From: Octopus vulgaris
Taxonomy: Eukaryota
DNA length: 64,000 nucleotides
Direction of reading: 5' to 3'
Assembly: GCA_951406725.2 (NCBI GenBank)
Contig: OX597839.1
Location: 13,020,001 to 13,084,000 of the forward strand
Part shown: positions 11,995-25,024 of the stretch, piece by piece
How the letters are laid out: every line of letters starts with the position of its first letter
Numbering within the stretch: the stretch's first letter is position 1
Made by a program: the position numbers and the translations under genes
The notes under the pieces: generated by a model
Told to the model about the DNA's origin: nothing
Seen by the model: the letters and a program-made list of their open reading frames with translations, nothing else
Databases searched by the model: none

Positions 11995-12762
11995 ATGAGG
12001 GGCCAGAGTATCTTCTTCAATCCTTTAATATATTCATTCATATATTTTATGAACTTTGAATGAAAGACATCACCTGGATGTAACCAAAAAGCAAAGGGTT
12101 ACCCAAATACTAAACAGTACTTCTTCAGTCCTCTGTCATTTCCACTATCCTTACGCATACTCTTTTACTTGTTTCAGTCATTTAACTGTGGTCATGCTGA
12201 AGCACCACCTTTAGTCAAGCAAATCGACCCCAAAGCTTATTCTTTGTAAGCCTAGTACTTATTCTATCAGTCTCTTTTGCCGAACTGCTAAGTAAACACA
12301 CCAGTTGTCAAGTGATGTTGGGAGGACAAACACAGACACACAAACACATACACACACATACATATACATATATATGATGGGCTTCTTTCAGTTTCCGTCT
12401 ACCAAATCCACTCACAAGGCTTTGGTCGGCCCGAGGCTATAGTAGAAGACACTTGCCCAAGGTGCCACGTAGTGGGACTGAACCCTGAACCATGTGGTCG
12501 GTAAGCAAGCTAGTTACCACACAGCCACCCCTACACCCATTACAATCATATGGGAACCAGTATCGCTACATCATATCTGCTGTTGATGACTCCTTTGTGC
12601 AAAAGAATGAAAGCATCTTCATCAATTGGATCCAGGCACTGCAACACCAATGAAAGATGTGTGTGCTCTACAAGGGGTGGTTTATGTTGAAAAATAAACC
12701 TTATTTGGTCACATTCCATAAGAGTACCTTGATTAAGCTGTGAACTTTCCAGCTAACCCTCA
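11995..12762 (+). mobile_element. Degenerate mariner-derived element with a family A SINE inserted (-, 12158-12540)
   Basis: Ends ta-tgagggg...ccctca-ta; mariner-like C-terminal sequence at ~12630-12700. Confidence 0.55.
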
Positions 12763-13004
12763 TAATCATGATTTTATACCTATTTTAGTCTGCTTTTATA
12801 GGTTAGATGGAACTTACTTGTTGCAGTCTTTCGTCACATCCTGGCTGAGATCATCCTCCTAAGATCACTCTCTTGAGATCAATCAACCTTCCCTACTTAT
12901 TCTCATGTTTTGTTTGATTATCATCATCATCATCATCATCATCATCATTGCCATCTGTTTTCCATGCTAGCATGAGTTGGACGGTTTGATAGGACAGTTT
13001 GAAA

Positions 13005-13415
13005 AGGCGGTGAGCTGGCAGAAATGTTAGCACGCCGGGCGAAATGTGTAGCCGTATTTCGTTTGCTGTTACGTTCTGAGTTCAAATTCCGCAGAGGTCG
13101 ACTTTGTCTTGCATCCTTTCGGCGTCGATAAATTAAGTTACGCACTGGGGTCGATATAATCAACTTAACCCATTTGTCTGTTCTTGTTTGTCCTCTCTGT
13201 GTTTAGCCCCTTGTGGGTAGTAAAGAAATAGGTATTTCGTCTGCCACTATGTTCTGAGTTCAAATTCCGCCGAGGTCGACTTTGCCTTTCATCCCTTCGG
13301 GGTCGATAAATTAAGTACCAGTTACGCACTGGGGTCGATGTAATCGACTTAATCCGTTTTTCTGTCCTTGTTTGTCCCCTCTGTGTTTAGTCCTTTGTGG
13401 GTAGTAAAGAAATAG
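13005..13415 (+). mobile_element. SINE family E with the internal unit duplicated (~180 bp x2)
   Basis: Head ggcggtgagctggcagaa, ctgagttcaaattcc, core gtcgactttgcctttcatcctttcggggtcgataaa. Confidence 0.82.
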
Positions 13416-13574
13416 GTTTGATTGGAGCTAATCAGCTGGGACTGGCACGAGTGCTTTATTATGTCTCTGATATGGGTACCTCAATGTGATGCCTGCACAA
13501 GTGCTTTTATGTGGCACCAGCATGGGCGTTATAACATTGCACTGGCATGGGTACTTTTTATGTGGCACTGATGT

Positions 13575-14330
13575 AATCTCCAGGGATACAGGCATCCAGC
13601 AACAGGACCTCCGTAATGGCATGATGGACTGTGAAGTCTGGCGTAGCATGGTAAATTCCATTGTCTCAACCACAGTTGAACAATGATGATGATGATGATG
13701 ACAGGTACTTTTTGCACAGCACCAGCACCCTCAAGCATGCATGACAAGGACCTGTCCACTGAGAGAGGGAGTGGGGGGGTTGCATGGCCATAAAGGACAC
13801 TCCTGTATGTACAGATGTATGGCTGACCATGACTTGTCTTCTCAAGCATGTTCTTTTCACTTGGATTGCTTGACACTCCTGCACCCAATTTTCATTCTTT
13901 ATATGTATCAGATTCCGTACCAGCATACTATATCTGATACTAATACGCAGTTTTTCTCTCAGCTCATTTGAGCTTTGTCAGTCAAGCATATCACACACCT
14001 GACAGAGCACGTTCGCCTTATTTTAGCCATCATTTATCCTCAGCATTCAATCTCGTTTTCATAATCATGTTAATATTGTTTTCCATTCAAACATCATACA
14101 GCCTGTCTTTCATTCAGAAAGATAACTAGATAATCCCTTTGTAGCCAATAGAGGTAACATCTCCCTAAGCTTACCTGTACTTATTCTGCCTGCTATGATT
14201 TCCTGACACCTAACTTGCACTGCTAATTAGGTCACCCACATGACAAGTTGTTAGCTACTTCTAGAGCCTTCTGGGCATTTGAAAAATTTCATGTCACCTG
14301 TGCTTTTACCAGTGTTGCCTCTAATTTTTC
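13575..14330. mobile_element. RTE-type LINE fragments (3' end on + at 13575-13700 with (GAT)n tail; decayed piece on - at ~13840-14330)
   Basis: DTGIQQQDLRNGMMDCEVWRSMV resembles the RTE C-terminal ending (..DR..WR..V). Confidence 0.55.
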
Positions 14331-14734
14331 ACTGTAGCTATGCACAGAAATTTTTTTTATGTGTTGTTTTTTGAAATTCACAGCGTTTTCATCTAAATGC
14401 TGTTTTGCTTCCACAAAAAAGGAAGTCTTTCTATGGTTGTAGCTTTTTTCCTCAAACCGCTAGACTTTGGAACTCTCTTCCATCTCATTGTTTTCTCCTT
14501 CTTATAAACTTGAACCCTTTCATGTCTAAAGTAAATTCATTCCTTTCATCATAATTTCTCCTTCTTGATACTCCCTTACACCTTGTGGCTTCTCACCTTG
14601 TTTTGAACTTCCTTATGAAAAAACGTAGTGATTGCATCCATGCAAATAACCATTGCTCGAATGCCATATTAACCATCTAAGCAAATAGACACCAATTTCC
14701 AAATATCTGTTATTTAATATTATTTATTTATTTA

Positions 14735-14890
14735 TGCGCCCTTTTCAAGCCTAGCCAGGCTCATGGGCCCGGTTTCCCAGTTTCTATGACGTATGTGTTC
14801 CCCCCAGCTGGACGGGATGCCAGACCATCGCAGCGTTACTCAAGAAACAGGAAGAAAGTGTGAGAGAAAGTTGTGGCGAAAGAGTACAAC
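14735..14890 (-). mobile_element. SINE family C 3' half
   Basis: caagaaacaggaagaaag..gagaaagttgtggcgaaagagtaca shared with other family C copies. Confidence 0.7.
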
Positions 14891-15098
14891 TTTAGGTTCT
14901 AGTCTTTGCCTTCAGGTCTGGAATTTTCCCTCTAATTCTTTGATTGTCCTGACCATGGAGAATTGATTAGGGCTCAATTCTATCTGCTAAAGTCTTTGTT
15001 GATCTCTCTTTGCTAACTCTCATCTGGATAATATCACACCTGTTGATTGCCTGCATGGCTTGCCCAAGTCACATACACATGTATGCACACAGACACGC

Positions 15099-15199
<101 letters not shown>

Positions 15200-15353
15200 C
15201 ACACACACACATACATGCACACACACATGCACATACACAAACATGCACACACACACATGCACACATACACATAGACTTACGTATGTGTGTGTGCATGTAT
15301 GTATGTGTGTGTATATATATATACATCTGTATGTATATATGTATATATAGATG

Positions 15354-15393
<40 letters not shown>

Positions 15394-15479
15394 CACACAC
15401 ATACATATATAAAGTGGTGTATGTATAAGTGTGTGTGTGCGTGTGCATGCATGCATGTGTGTGCGTGTGTGTGGAAGCA

Positions 15480-17260
15480 TTTTAGAATCTTAACTAAGAA
15501 TCTGCAGAAAATCAATAACAACCTCTGCAAACAATTACTAACGAACAATACAATCAAAAACTATAGTAGGATTAATACACATACATACAATAGCATAAAT
15601 AATGAAGCAAAGGCAATCATACATGAGCTAAAAAGCAGACATCAAACTGGAGACACAAAATAAATGTGAATCATTTATCACACTCTAGGACCAAAAACGA
15701 ACAGTTCATTTCTAATCCCAGTTGAAGGATTATTAACCCTGCTAAATCTGAGATAGAGTTAATCAGTAAGAAAATAATTGCTAAAATCAACTCTAATATA
15801 AGAACAACTGACCTCCAGCAATGGAGAAATAGCCATACAGTTAATCCAATTGTATTCTTTACCTTTTTACTCTTTTACTTGTTTCAGTCGTTTGACTGCG
15901 GCCATGCTGGAGCACTGCCTTTAGTCAAGCACATCGACCCCAGGGCTTATTCTTTGTAAGCCTAGTGCTTATTCTATCTGTCGCTTTTGCCGAACCTCTA
16001 AGGGATGGGGATGGAAACACACCAGCATCAGTGGTCAAGCGATGTTAGGAGGACAAACACACACACATGCACATATATATACATATACATATATACGACG
16101 GGCTTCTTTCAGTTTCCATCTACCAAATCCACTCACAAGGCTTTGGTCGGCCCGAGGCTAAAGTAGAAGACACTTGTCCAAAGTGCCATTTAGTGGGACT
16201 GAACTCAGAACCATGTGGCTGGTAAGCAATCTACTTACCACACAGCCACTCCTGCGCTTATGTATAAAAAATAGACACAAGGCTACCAAGTTGAGCATTG
16301 TAGAAATTTATCTCTTCCTCTCAAAGGTCCTGCTTGTAAGTGCTTTAGATGTCCCTAAGAACTGTAAAACAATAGTCAAGAGAGAAATAAAGATTATGCT
16401 TCATGCAAGAAAGACCATATTTTTACATAAAGACTTCATCTGAGTCAAAATATTCATCCCAGAGAGCTTTTGATGTTACCATGGGTGCTTACAACTGTGT
16501 TGAACTATATAACCTTATAGGACAATACATTTCAGATACACTCACCCAGAAATTAATATCTATACATTTAGGAATATATAGAGATGACAGGTTAGCTATA
16601 TTGTGGGACAGGAATGTGCATATACTAGATGAGATTAGGGAAAAACCAAACACAAACATTTCGTTTTTGGATTTGGTTTGCAAGATTCTTTATGTGAGTT
16701 CGTGTGTTGAAGCATATTCTGTTGTGTCTCGGGGGAAAGTCATTTTCTTTTTGTGCCTTATAATTTAACACACTCACCGGTAAAATTTCCACTTATTTCT
16801 TATTTTCATTTTCCTAAAATTTTCATTGCGTCTTGCAACTTTTTCAGTACAAGACTATTGAAAAGGTTGCATGATACGGTGCTCCAGCATGGCCGCAGTC
16901 AAATGACTAAAACAAGTAAAAGAATAAAAGAGTAAAAGAGTAAGAAATAAGTGCAAATTTTACCGGTGAGTGTGTTAAATTATAAGGCACAAAAAGAAAA
17001 TGACTCTCCCCAGACACAGCAAACACAAACAGTTAACATCTTTAGACTGATAAAAAGACCCATTGTAACCAACGTTGCTATGACAGATTTCTTACCCAAA
17101 AGTTATCTACCAAACTTCATAAACTATTTAGAAAGCCTTATGAGAAACTAAGTTAAATGCATTAAGTATCTTAGCATTTGCTTATAGTCTTTAGTAGCTT
17201 ACTGAATAGATAATATTAGCTGATGAATATCTAAAGAGGAATATTCATTAATGCAGTACT
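15480..17260 (+). pseudogene. Degenerate Penelope-like element reverse transcriptase, interrupted by a family A SINE (-, 15857-16257) and a foldback element (~16660-17020)
   Basis: FITL.D.K, IINPAKSEI..ISKKI, LQQWRN, IMLHARK, FDVTMGAY..VEL..LIG, GIYRDD: matches PLE RT motifs FDVTMGS.DGAE / GLYRDDGL; many stops and frameshifts. Confidence 0.8.
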
Positions 17261-17296
17261 TTATTATAATACAGCTTAGAAGCTACTATGTATAAA

Positions 17297-17960
17297 GAGG
17301 CACAGGCTTGGCTGGGTGGAAGCTTGCTTTACAACCAAGTAGTCTTGGTTTCAGTCCTATCATAAGGCACCTTCAGCAAGTATCATCTACCATGACTCTG
17401 GGGCAACCAAAGCCTTGTGAGTGGATTTGGTAGGCAGAAACTGAAAGAAGCCCATGTGTATGTGTGTGTATTTTGGTGTGTATCTTTGTGTTTGTGTTTG
17501 TCCTGTGCCATCACTTGACAACTGCTGTTTGTTTGTTTACATCCCTGTAACTTAGTGGTTTGCTTAAAAGAGATGATAAAATAAGTACCAGACTTAAAAA
17601 TTTAGATATTAGGGTCAATTTGTTTGATTAAAACTTCAAGGTGGTGTCCCAGCATGGCAACAATCCAATGACTGAAACAAGTAAAAGATAAAAGATATGT
17701 ACACAATACCCAACAACAATAAAACACAAAGCATAAAATTATCTGCTTTAGACACCTTTCCTTTCTTGCTGTCAAGTCAGATAAAGAAAAATTCTTTTTA
17801 TCTAAAATAGATAAACATTTCCTCACAAGTCACATATAGTTCCGGGTTCTGGCTTCAGTCCCTCTGCGTGTCACCTTGGGCAAGTGTCTTCTATTATAGC
17901 CTTGGGCTGACCAAAGCCATGAGAGTGGATTTGATTGATGGAAACTGAAAGAAGCCCGTC

Positions 17961-18030
<70 letters not shown>

Positions 18031-18237
18031 CTGTGTTTGTACCCCACCAACATCATTTGACTGCTGATTTTGGTGTGTTTACGTCCACATAACTTAGCGG
18101 TTCAGCAAAAGAGACCAATAGAATAAGTACTAGGCTTACAAAGAATAAGTCCTGGGGTTGATTTGCTTGACTAAAAAAGGTGGTGCTCCAGCATGGCCAC
18201 AGTCAAATGACTGAAACAGGTAAAAGAGTAAAAGAGA
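17297..18237 (+). mobile_element. Two family A SINEs (17297-17695, 17830-18237)
   Basis: Family A head, body and tail. Confidence 0.85.
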
Positions 18238-18454
18238 GAGTATGGCAGAATTCACTGTATTCTGTCCATGATCAATATACTTTACTGTTAATAACCCATT
18301 CTACCCAGCTGTAAGTATTAAAGTGTGATATACTTCATTGTACTGTACTATATCCATGACCCAGACGCTTAACTGTCAACAGTTCAGACCCCCAACCTAG
18401 CATGTTGCCAATGAACCACACCATGGCAGATTTCACTGCTGTTATCAACAGTAA

Positions 18455-18839
18455 TCTCTCTATATATAAAGCTGAAGTTGTCTGTGTATGGCAGGTTTGG
18501 TAGCCTTCAACTAACACTATCTCCTCCGAGAGGCGCAAGTTGACCAAAATTGAGAGTATGATAGAAGAAGGCTTGCTCTTCCTTCTGTAGAAGATAAATT
18601 CAAATTGAACCATGTTAAGACCAAAAAATATTTACATCAAAAAGGTACTTTTTTTCTATGAAAATCCCTATTTTTTACGATTTTTTGACTGCTGTGTTGC
18701 CATTTTTTGGTGCATTTCAATCAGAAAAATGTTCACTTAAAGAGAATAACAAGCTACATAATGCAAAATTTTTACTTTTCGAAAATTCCAATTCTAAAGT
18801 GTCGAAACAAACCCGAGCAACGCCGGGTGATACCGTTAG
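18455..18839 (+). mobile_element. Non-autonomous Helitron
   Basis: 5' A|TCTCTCTATATATAAA; 3' GC-rich hairpin CCCGAGCAACGCCGGG about 10 nt before a TTAG|T (CTAG-like) end; no TSD. Confidence 0.75.
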
Positions 18840-19329
18840 TATTCTATTATAGCCAAGTGATTTATTGCCTGGCAATGTTTAACTTCTTCAGTTGTAAATT
18901 TCTCCTTGAATTCCATTTGCTTACATCCCATTTGCATTTAATCCATGTCATGATCTAACTCTCATCCTATCTAGACGATGCTGTAATAATCAATATTACA
19001 TATATTCAATCCAAACACTTGGCCATGACACTATGGATGCGCATCACACTATGTATATCTACACACACATATGCATATATACGCATCAGCCATATCTATC
19101 TTTATCTATATACTCTACTGCTCTATAACTTAAGAGTGTGCTTCTACATTCAAAATTAAGAGGAATGACCACTGTAGTGGACACTCTATATGCTAAACAT
19201 AGATGTCAAATTGCCATTACTATGAAGAATGTGTTCTCAAGAAAAAAAATATCAGCAAAACGGCAAAATGTAAAAATGAGCAAGACAAATGAAAACATAT
19301 GAAATAAAATAGAAATATATATATAAGAG

Positions 19330-19700
19330 CACATCCGAGCGTGTTCGTTGCCAAAGCAGCCAACTGGCTTCCATGCCAGTGGCACATAAAAGGGCACCAT
19401 TTGAGCGTGATCGTTACCAACATCGCCTTACTGGCACCTGTGCTGGTGGTATGTGTAAAAGGATTCGAGCGAGGTCGTTGCCAGTACCGCCTGACTGACC
19501 CCTGTGCTAGTGGCACGTAAAAAGCACCCACTACACTCTCGGAGTGGTTGGTGTTAGGAAGGGCATCCAGCTGTAGAAACTCTGCCAAATCAAGATTGGA
19601 GCCTGGTGCAGCCATCTGGTTCGCCAGCCCTCAGTCAAAATCGTCCAACCCATGCTAGCATGGAAAGCGGACGTTAAACGATGATGATGATGATGATGAT
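19330..19700 (+). mobile_element. SINE family B (long form) with (GAT)n tail
   Basis: Repeated ggcac(a/g)taaaa motif; tail ccatgctagcatggaaagcggacgttaaacgatgatg. Confidence 0.85.
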
Positions 19701-19708
19701 ATATATGT

Positions 19709-20004
19709 GGAAAAAATCAAGGTAGAAAATGCTAAAATAATTTTATAAAAAACATTTCAGTACTGGTTTCAGTCATTGAGACTTTTCCAACTGTAAGTGT
19801 AGAAAACAATTAAATTTTGGAAGAATTAAAAGAAAAGATTTTTTAAAAGAATATTTGCATTGTATAAAAACTTTTCTTTTAATTTTTCCAAAATTTAATT
19901 GTTTTCCATACTTTCAGTTGGAAAAGTCTCAATGACTGAAACTGGCACTGATATGTTTTTTATGATTAAATAATTTTACCATTTTCTACCTTGACTTTTT
20001 TTCC
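19709..20004. mobile_element. ~300-bp foldback element with two ~135-bp inverted arms, each carrying a hammerhead-like motif
   Basis: ggaaaaaatcaaggtagaaaatg... versus ...cattttctaccttgacttttttcc; motif cagTTGGAAAagtctcaatgactGAAA at 19758-19793 (-) and 19915-19950 (+). Confidence 0.8.
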
Positions 20005-20040
20005 ATATATATCAACTCGTGTGTTCCTTTTTCAACCTTC

Positions 20041-20098
<58 letters not shown>

Positions 20099-20134
20099 CA
20101 TATATATATATACATATATATATATACATACATC

Positions 20135-22639
20135 AACACCCTGTACATGGAGCAAGTAATACTCCAACCAACCAGGGCAGGTAACACACTGGATCTCTGC
20201 TTCACAAATAATATGGATCTCATCCATAATGTGAAAGTGACACCGACACTACTCTCGGATCACAACATGGTAGAGCTGACCATGTACGGGCCAAAAGAGA
20301 GCACGGACATGCAGCCTACAAGAAACCCTCAGAATCTTTCCAGCTTGAACTTCAATAAGGCAAACTGGAAACAAATTGAGAAAGAGATCCTCAAACAAAA
20401 CTGGCCTGAATGTCTCTCCTCGCCGGACATCGACATGATACTTCAACAATTCATGTCTGTAATGCAAGCCATATGCTACAAATGTGTCCCAGAGAGAAAG
20501 GCCACTGTACACAAGAACAAAATCCCCAGAGAGAGGAAAATTTTAATGAGACGGCGTACAAAAATTTCAATTCGCCTAAACAAACAAATTGAAAGCAGTG
20601 AAAAGTCCCGCCTGAAAATAAAACTGTTGGAAATTGAAAATTGTCTGCAACTCTCCCATGAGAAGGAAAGAGCAGACAAAGAAGCCTGGGCTATAGACAA
20701 CATAAAAACTAACCCCAGAGCTTTCTACAGGTATGCCAAAGAAACAGCTACGGTGCACTGTAGGATAGGGCCACTCCTTGAAAAGGATGGCACACTCACA
20801 GGAAAACCAATGAGGGTAAGTGAAATACTGAATGAACAATTCAAGAGTGTTTTCACTCCACCCCTTGGGCATTTCCAAATCAGCAATCCAACTGACTTCT
20901 TTACCACTGCAGATATAGAATCAGAGGCGGCGACGATAAATTACATCGATATAAAGGAAGACGATGTAATAAAGGCTATAGATGAAAGGAAAACAGACTC
21001 AGCTATTGGCCCTGATGGATTCCCGGCAGTCCTCCTAAAAGTATGTAAGAGAGTCCTAGCAAGATCACTGCAGTTCCTCTTTCAGAGCTTCCTTGCAGCT
21101 GGCAAACTTCCAAGAAAACTGAAGGAAGGTAAAATATGCCCTATTCATAAAGGAGGTAGCAGAGCGGAGGCCAAGAACTACAGACCTATCTCTCTCACCT
21201 CACACATCAGCAAGGTCATGGAACGAATAGTCAGAAGGAAACTAATCACCTTCCTTGAAGAAAATGACTTGCTGCCTGACACCCAACATGGTTTCCGACC
21301 AGGAAGAAGCTGCTTAACTCAGCTCCTGCAGCACTATGACTGGGTGCTGAAACAACTGCTCAACCACTCAAATGTGGAAGTCATATATCTCGACTTCGCA
21401 AAGGCCTTCGATAAAGTCGATCATGGAATGATATGTCACAAACTGCGTGATCTTGGCATAGTTGGAAAACTAGGAGAATGGCTTCATGACTTTCTGAAGA
21501 ATAGAAGTCAGGTGGTAACAGCCAATGGGGCCACTTCCATTAGCATGCAAATAGTGAGCGGTGTTCCGCAGGGCACTGTTTTGGGACCACTACTGTTCAT
21601 AATGGCCCTCTCAGACATGCCCTCAGCCACGCAGAGAGCCACGATCACAAGTTATGCAGATGATACAAAAGTTTCACAGGCAATACAGAACCCTGAAGAC
21701 ACTAAGCACCTGCAATGTGAGCTGGACGAAATATACAAGTGGGTTGAAAAGAATAGCATTGCAGTTCAATGCTGAAAAGTTTCAAGCTTTATACTATCAG
21801 CATGCAAAACTGAATGCAATACCCAATGAATACACTGGACCCGGAGGGATTGCAATCCCAGAGGCACAATCAGTGCGTGACCTGGGTATTCACATGAGTG
21901 ATGACGCGACCTTTCATGTACATGTTGCTAAACTGACAATGAAATGTAGATGGCTGGCTGGCTGGATTCTAAGAACCTTTAGAACAAGAGAACAAGAAAC
22001 CATGATGGTCCTCTGGAAGACACTTGTCCTATTGCTCTCAGCTATGGTCACCATCCAGTGTCAAGTTGATCACAGAACTTGAGGCGATCCAACGAAGCTA
22101 CACGAAGAAGATAGCCTCTGTGCAGCATATGAGCTACTGGGAGAGACTCAAGAGATTAAAGCTCTATTCCCTGGAGCGTAGGCGAGAAAGATATGCCATA
22201 ATATATATCTGGAAGATCCTGGAAGGTCTTGTCCCAGACTTTGGCATCGAGAGTCACACAAATGCCAGAACCGGACGCCACTGCGTAGTACCAAGGACTC
22301 CAAATTTGCCATCAAGATGTAGGACAAGATATTGTGATAGCCTGGGCTTCAGAGGCCCACGGCTCTTCAATATCCTCCCGAAGAACCTGAGGGACCTGCA
22401 TGGTGTCGATGCGGATGTCTTTAAAGTAGGACTGGATCTCTTCCTGTCAGGTGTCCCGGATGAACCAACTTCACGGCAGGAGGTGCAGATGAGGGCAGCT
22501 GCATCGAACTCTCTCATGCATCAGATGGCGTTTGCTAAAAAGCATCCGTGAGGTAAAACCGTGTAGCAAACCAAATGGCGGTGCCCCAGCATGGCCACAG
22601 CTCATTAGCTGAAACTGGAAAAATCAAAATCAAATCAAT

Positions 22640-22640
<1 letters not shown>
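20135..22640 (+). mobile_element. 5'-truncated CR1-group LINE, ORF2 (end of endonuclease plus RT) with two frameshifts and 3' UTR
   Basis: PTRAGNTLDLCFTN, NYRPISLTSH, QHGFRPGRSC, YLDFAKAFDKV, GVPQGTVLGP, YADD, SLERRRERY; ORF pieces 19991-21775, 21654-22082, 22024-22551. Confidence 0.95.
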
Positions 22641-22671
<31 letters not shown>

Positions 22672-22709
22672 CATACATACATTTATGTATGTATGTATGT
22701 ATGTATGTA

Positions 22710-23381
22710 GCACTTGTGCTGGTGGCAAGTGAAATATTCGAGCGAGGTCATCGCCAGTGCCGCTGGACTGGCTCCTGTGCAGGTGGCACATAAAAAGCAC
22801 CATTTGGGCGTGGACATGGCCGTTGCCAGTACCACCAAACTGGCCCTCATGCTGGTGGCACGTAAAAGCACCCACTACACTCTCGGAGTGGTTGGCGTTA
22901 GGAAGGGCATCCAGCTGTAGAAACTCTTCCAGATCAGATTAGAGTCTGGTTTGCCAGACCTCAGTCAAATCATCCAACCCATGCTAGCATGGAAACCCGA
23001 CATTAAATGATGATGATGATGATGATGATATATATATATATATATATATATGGGTGCAGCCATGGCAGCATAGTAAGAAGTTTGGTATCGAACCACATGG
23101 TTCCAGGTTCAGTCCCACTATGTGGCACCTTCACCAAGTATATTCTTCTATAAAATTGGGTCAACCTTGTACATGGATTTAGTTAACGGAAACTGAAAGA
23201 AGCCCAACATATGTATGTGTGTGTGTAGAGAGAGAGAGTGATGAGAGAGAGAATGATGAGAGAGAGAGATATTGGTATTTATGGAATCTAGAAATCAAAA
23301 CTGGCTTATGAGACTATAGATATTCAGTAATCTGTGTGTGTGTACATAAACACGCACACACACATATACATATGTATACAC

Positions 23382-23428
<47 letters not shown>

Positions 23429-23778
23429 ATCACATGGTTCCAGGTTCAGTTCTACTGCATGGCACCTTGGGCAAGTCTCCTACTATAGCCTCAGGCCAAC
23501 CAAAGCTTTGTAAGTGGATTTGGCAGGGGGAAACTGAAAAAAGCTTGCCATATGTGTGTGTGTGTGTTGGTGTTTGTCTTCTACCACCACTTGACAACCA
23601 GTGTTAGTTTGTTTACATTCCCAGAGCTTAGTGGTTTGGCAAAAAAGACTGATAGAATAAGTAGTAGGCTTAAAAAAACAAAAGTACTGGGGTTGATTCA
23701 ATTGACTAAAAATTCTTCAAGTTGATGCCCCAGCATGGCCACAGTCAAATGACTGAAGCAAAAGAAAAAGCAAAAGAA
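22710..23778 (+). mobile_element. SINE cluster: family B (22710-23028), family A (23052-23210, 23428-23778)
   Basis: Family consensus matches. Confidence 0.8.
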
Positions 23779-24724
23779 TCATAGAATACATATATACTCA
23801 TACATATATGCATATGCACACACACACACACACGCGCGCGCACGCCCACACACTCACACACAAACACACACACGCACACACACACAAATGCATATGCATA
23901 CATACATACATATATTTGAATATATTTACATATGTGGAATGTACGAGACTATGAATTCACATTATGATATACCTATTTATGTAGATTTTTACCTGAAAAT
24001 CTTCCGAAAGGCAGTCAAACTAGACATAGACAAAGGCAGAACAAATTCTATCATCAACCGTATTTGTTCTTAGTTTTCATTTCTTTTCTTCCATATAGCT
24101 TTTAACAAACTGTGACTAATTTATCCTAAATAAATCTAGCTTTACTTTTCTTATAAGACATAAAAATATTATAATTGATTCAAGTTATTGTTTGTTCTCA
24201 TATACCTGTATAGACTCTCAGGTTATCAACAGACTTGTATGTAAAATTGATTGCTTTTCCCAATCTCCCCTACTCCGTCTCAGGCTCTTCTCCATGGTAC
24301 CAGAGCAACTGGTTTAGACAGCTTCGTAATACTATTGAATACATGATTCACACACACATAAGCTCGTCTATTTTTGCTTTTTGTTGTTGTTTTTCACCGT
24401 TTTTCGTATGCTTCAGCTAGCACAATGTTTCATTGTCTTCTGGTGATGTGTTTTAGTTTCAATGTTTTACCCAGATTTTTTGTGAGTTTAGACCCTGTAG
24501 GAGTAATTCTGTGAGCAGTAGCGAGGGGCTAAATCGATAAATTGCCAAACAAAACACATAAAAGGGTATATTAACACTTATTCTGTGAATGGTTTCAGGG
24601 CTGTTTTTTTTTTTACTCTTTTCTTTTCCATATCATAAAACTTCACAATTACAAAATAATTTACCCACTTCAACCCTGCCTCACCTCTATGTTCTTTGGC
24701 ACTCATGTATATAGGACTTGTAGT

Positions 24725-25024
24725 GGAGGCACATGGCCTAGTGGTTAGAGCAGCGGAATTGCAGTCAAGAGATCGCAGGTTCGAATCTCAGACCGGGCGA
24801 TGAGTGTGTTTATGAGCAAAACACCTAAGCTCCACACGGCTCCAGCAGAAGGAAATGGTGAACTTCTGCTGACTCTTTCACCACAACTTTCGCTCATTCT
24901 TTCCTCCTGCATCTTGCAGCTCACCTGCAACGAATGGCTTCCCGTCCAGGTGAGGAACCTATACACCAAGGAAACCGGGAAACTGGCCCTTATGAGCCAG
25001 GTATGGCTCAAGAAGGAACAAACA
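24725..25024 (+). mobile_element. Full-length tRNA-derived SINE family C with 13-bp TSD
   Basis: A box tggcctagtgg, B box ggttcgaatc; atataggacttgt at 24709-24721 and 25025-25037. Confidence 0.9.

Noticed and set aside
19991-21775. 594-aa ORF as an intact or domesticated RT gene
   Set aside because: N-terminus is microsatellite, the endonuclease is truncated and two frameshifts follow; a dead-on-arrival LINE copy
24725-24800. tRNA-like sequences with A and B boxes (also ~29800-29865, ~57805-57880, ~61490-61560)
   Set aside because: They are SINE heads: attached to shared bodies and tails with TSDs, and no complete cloverleaf is evident
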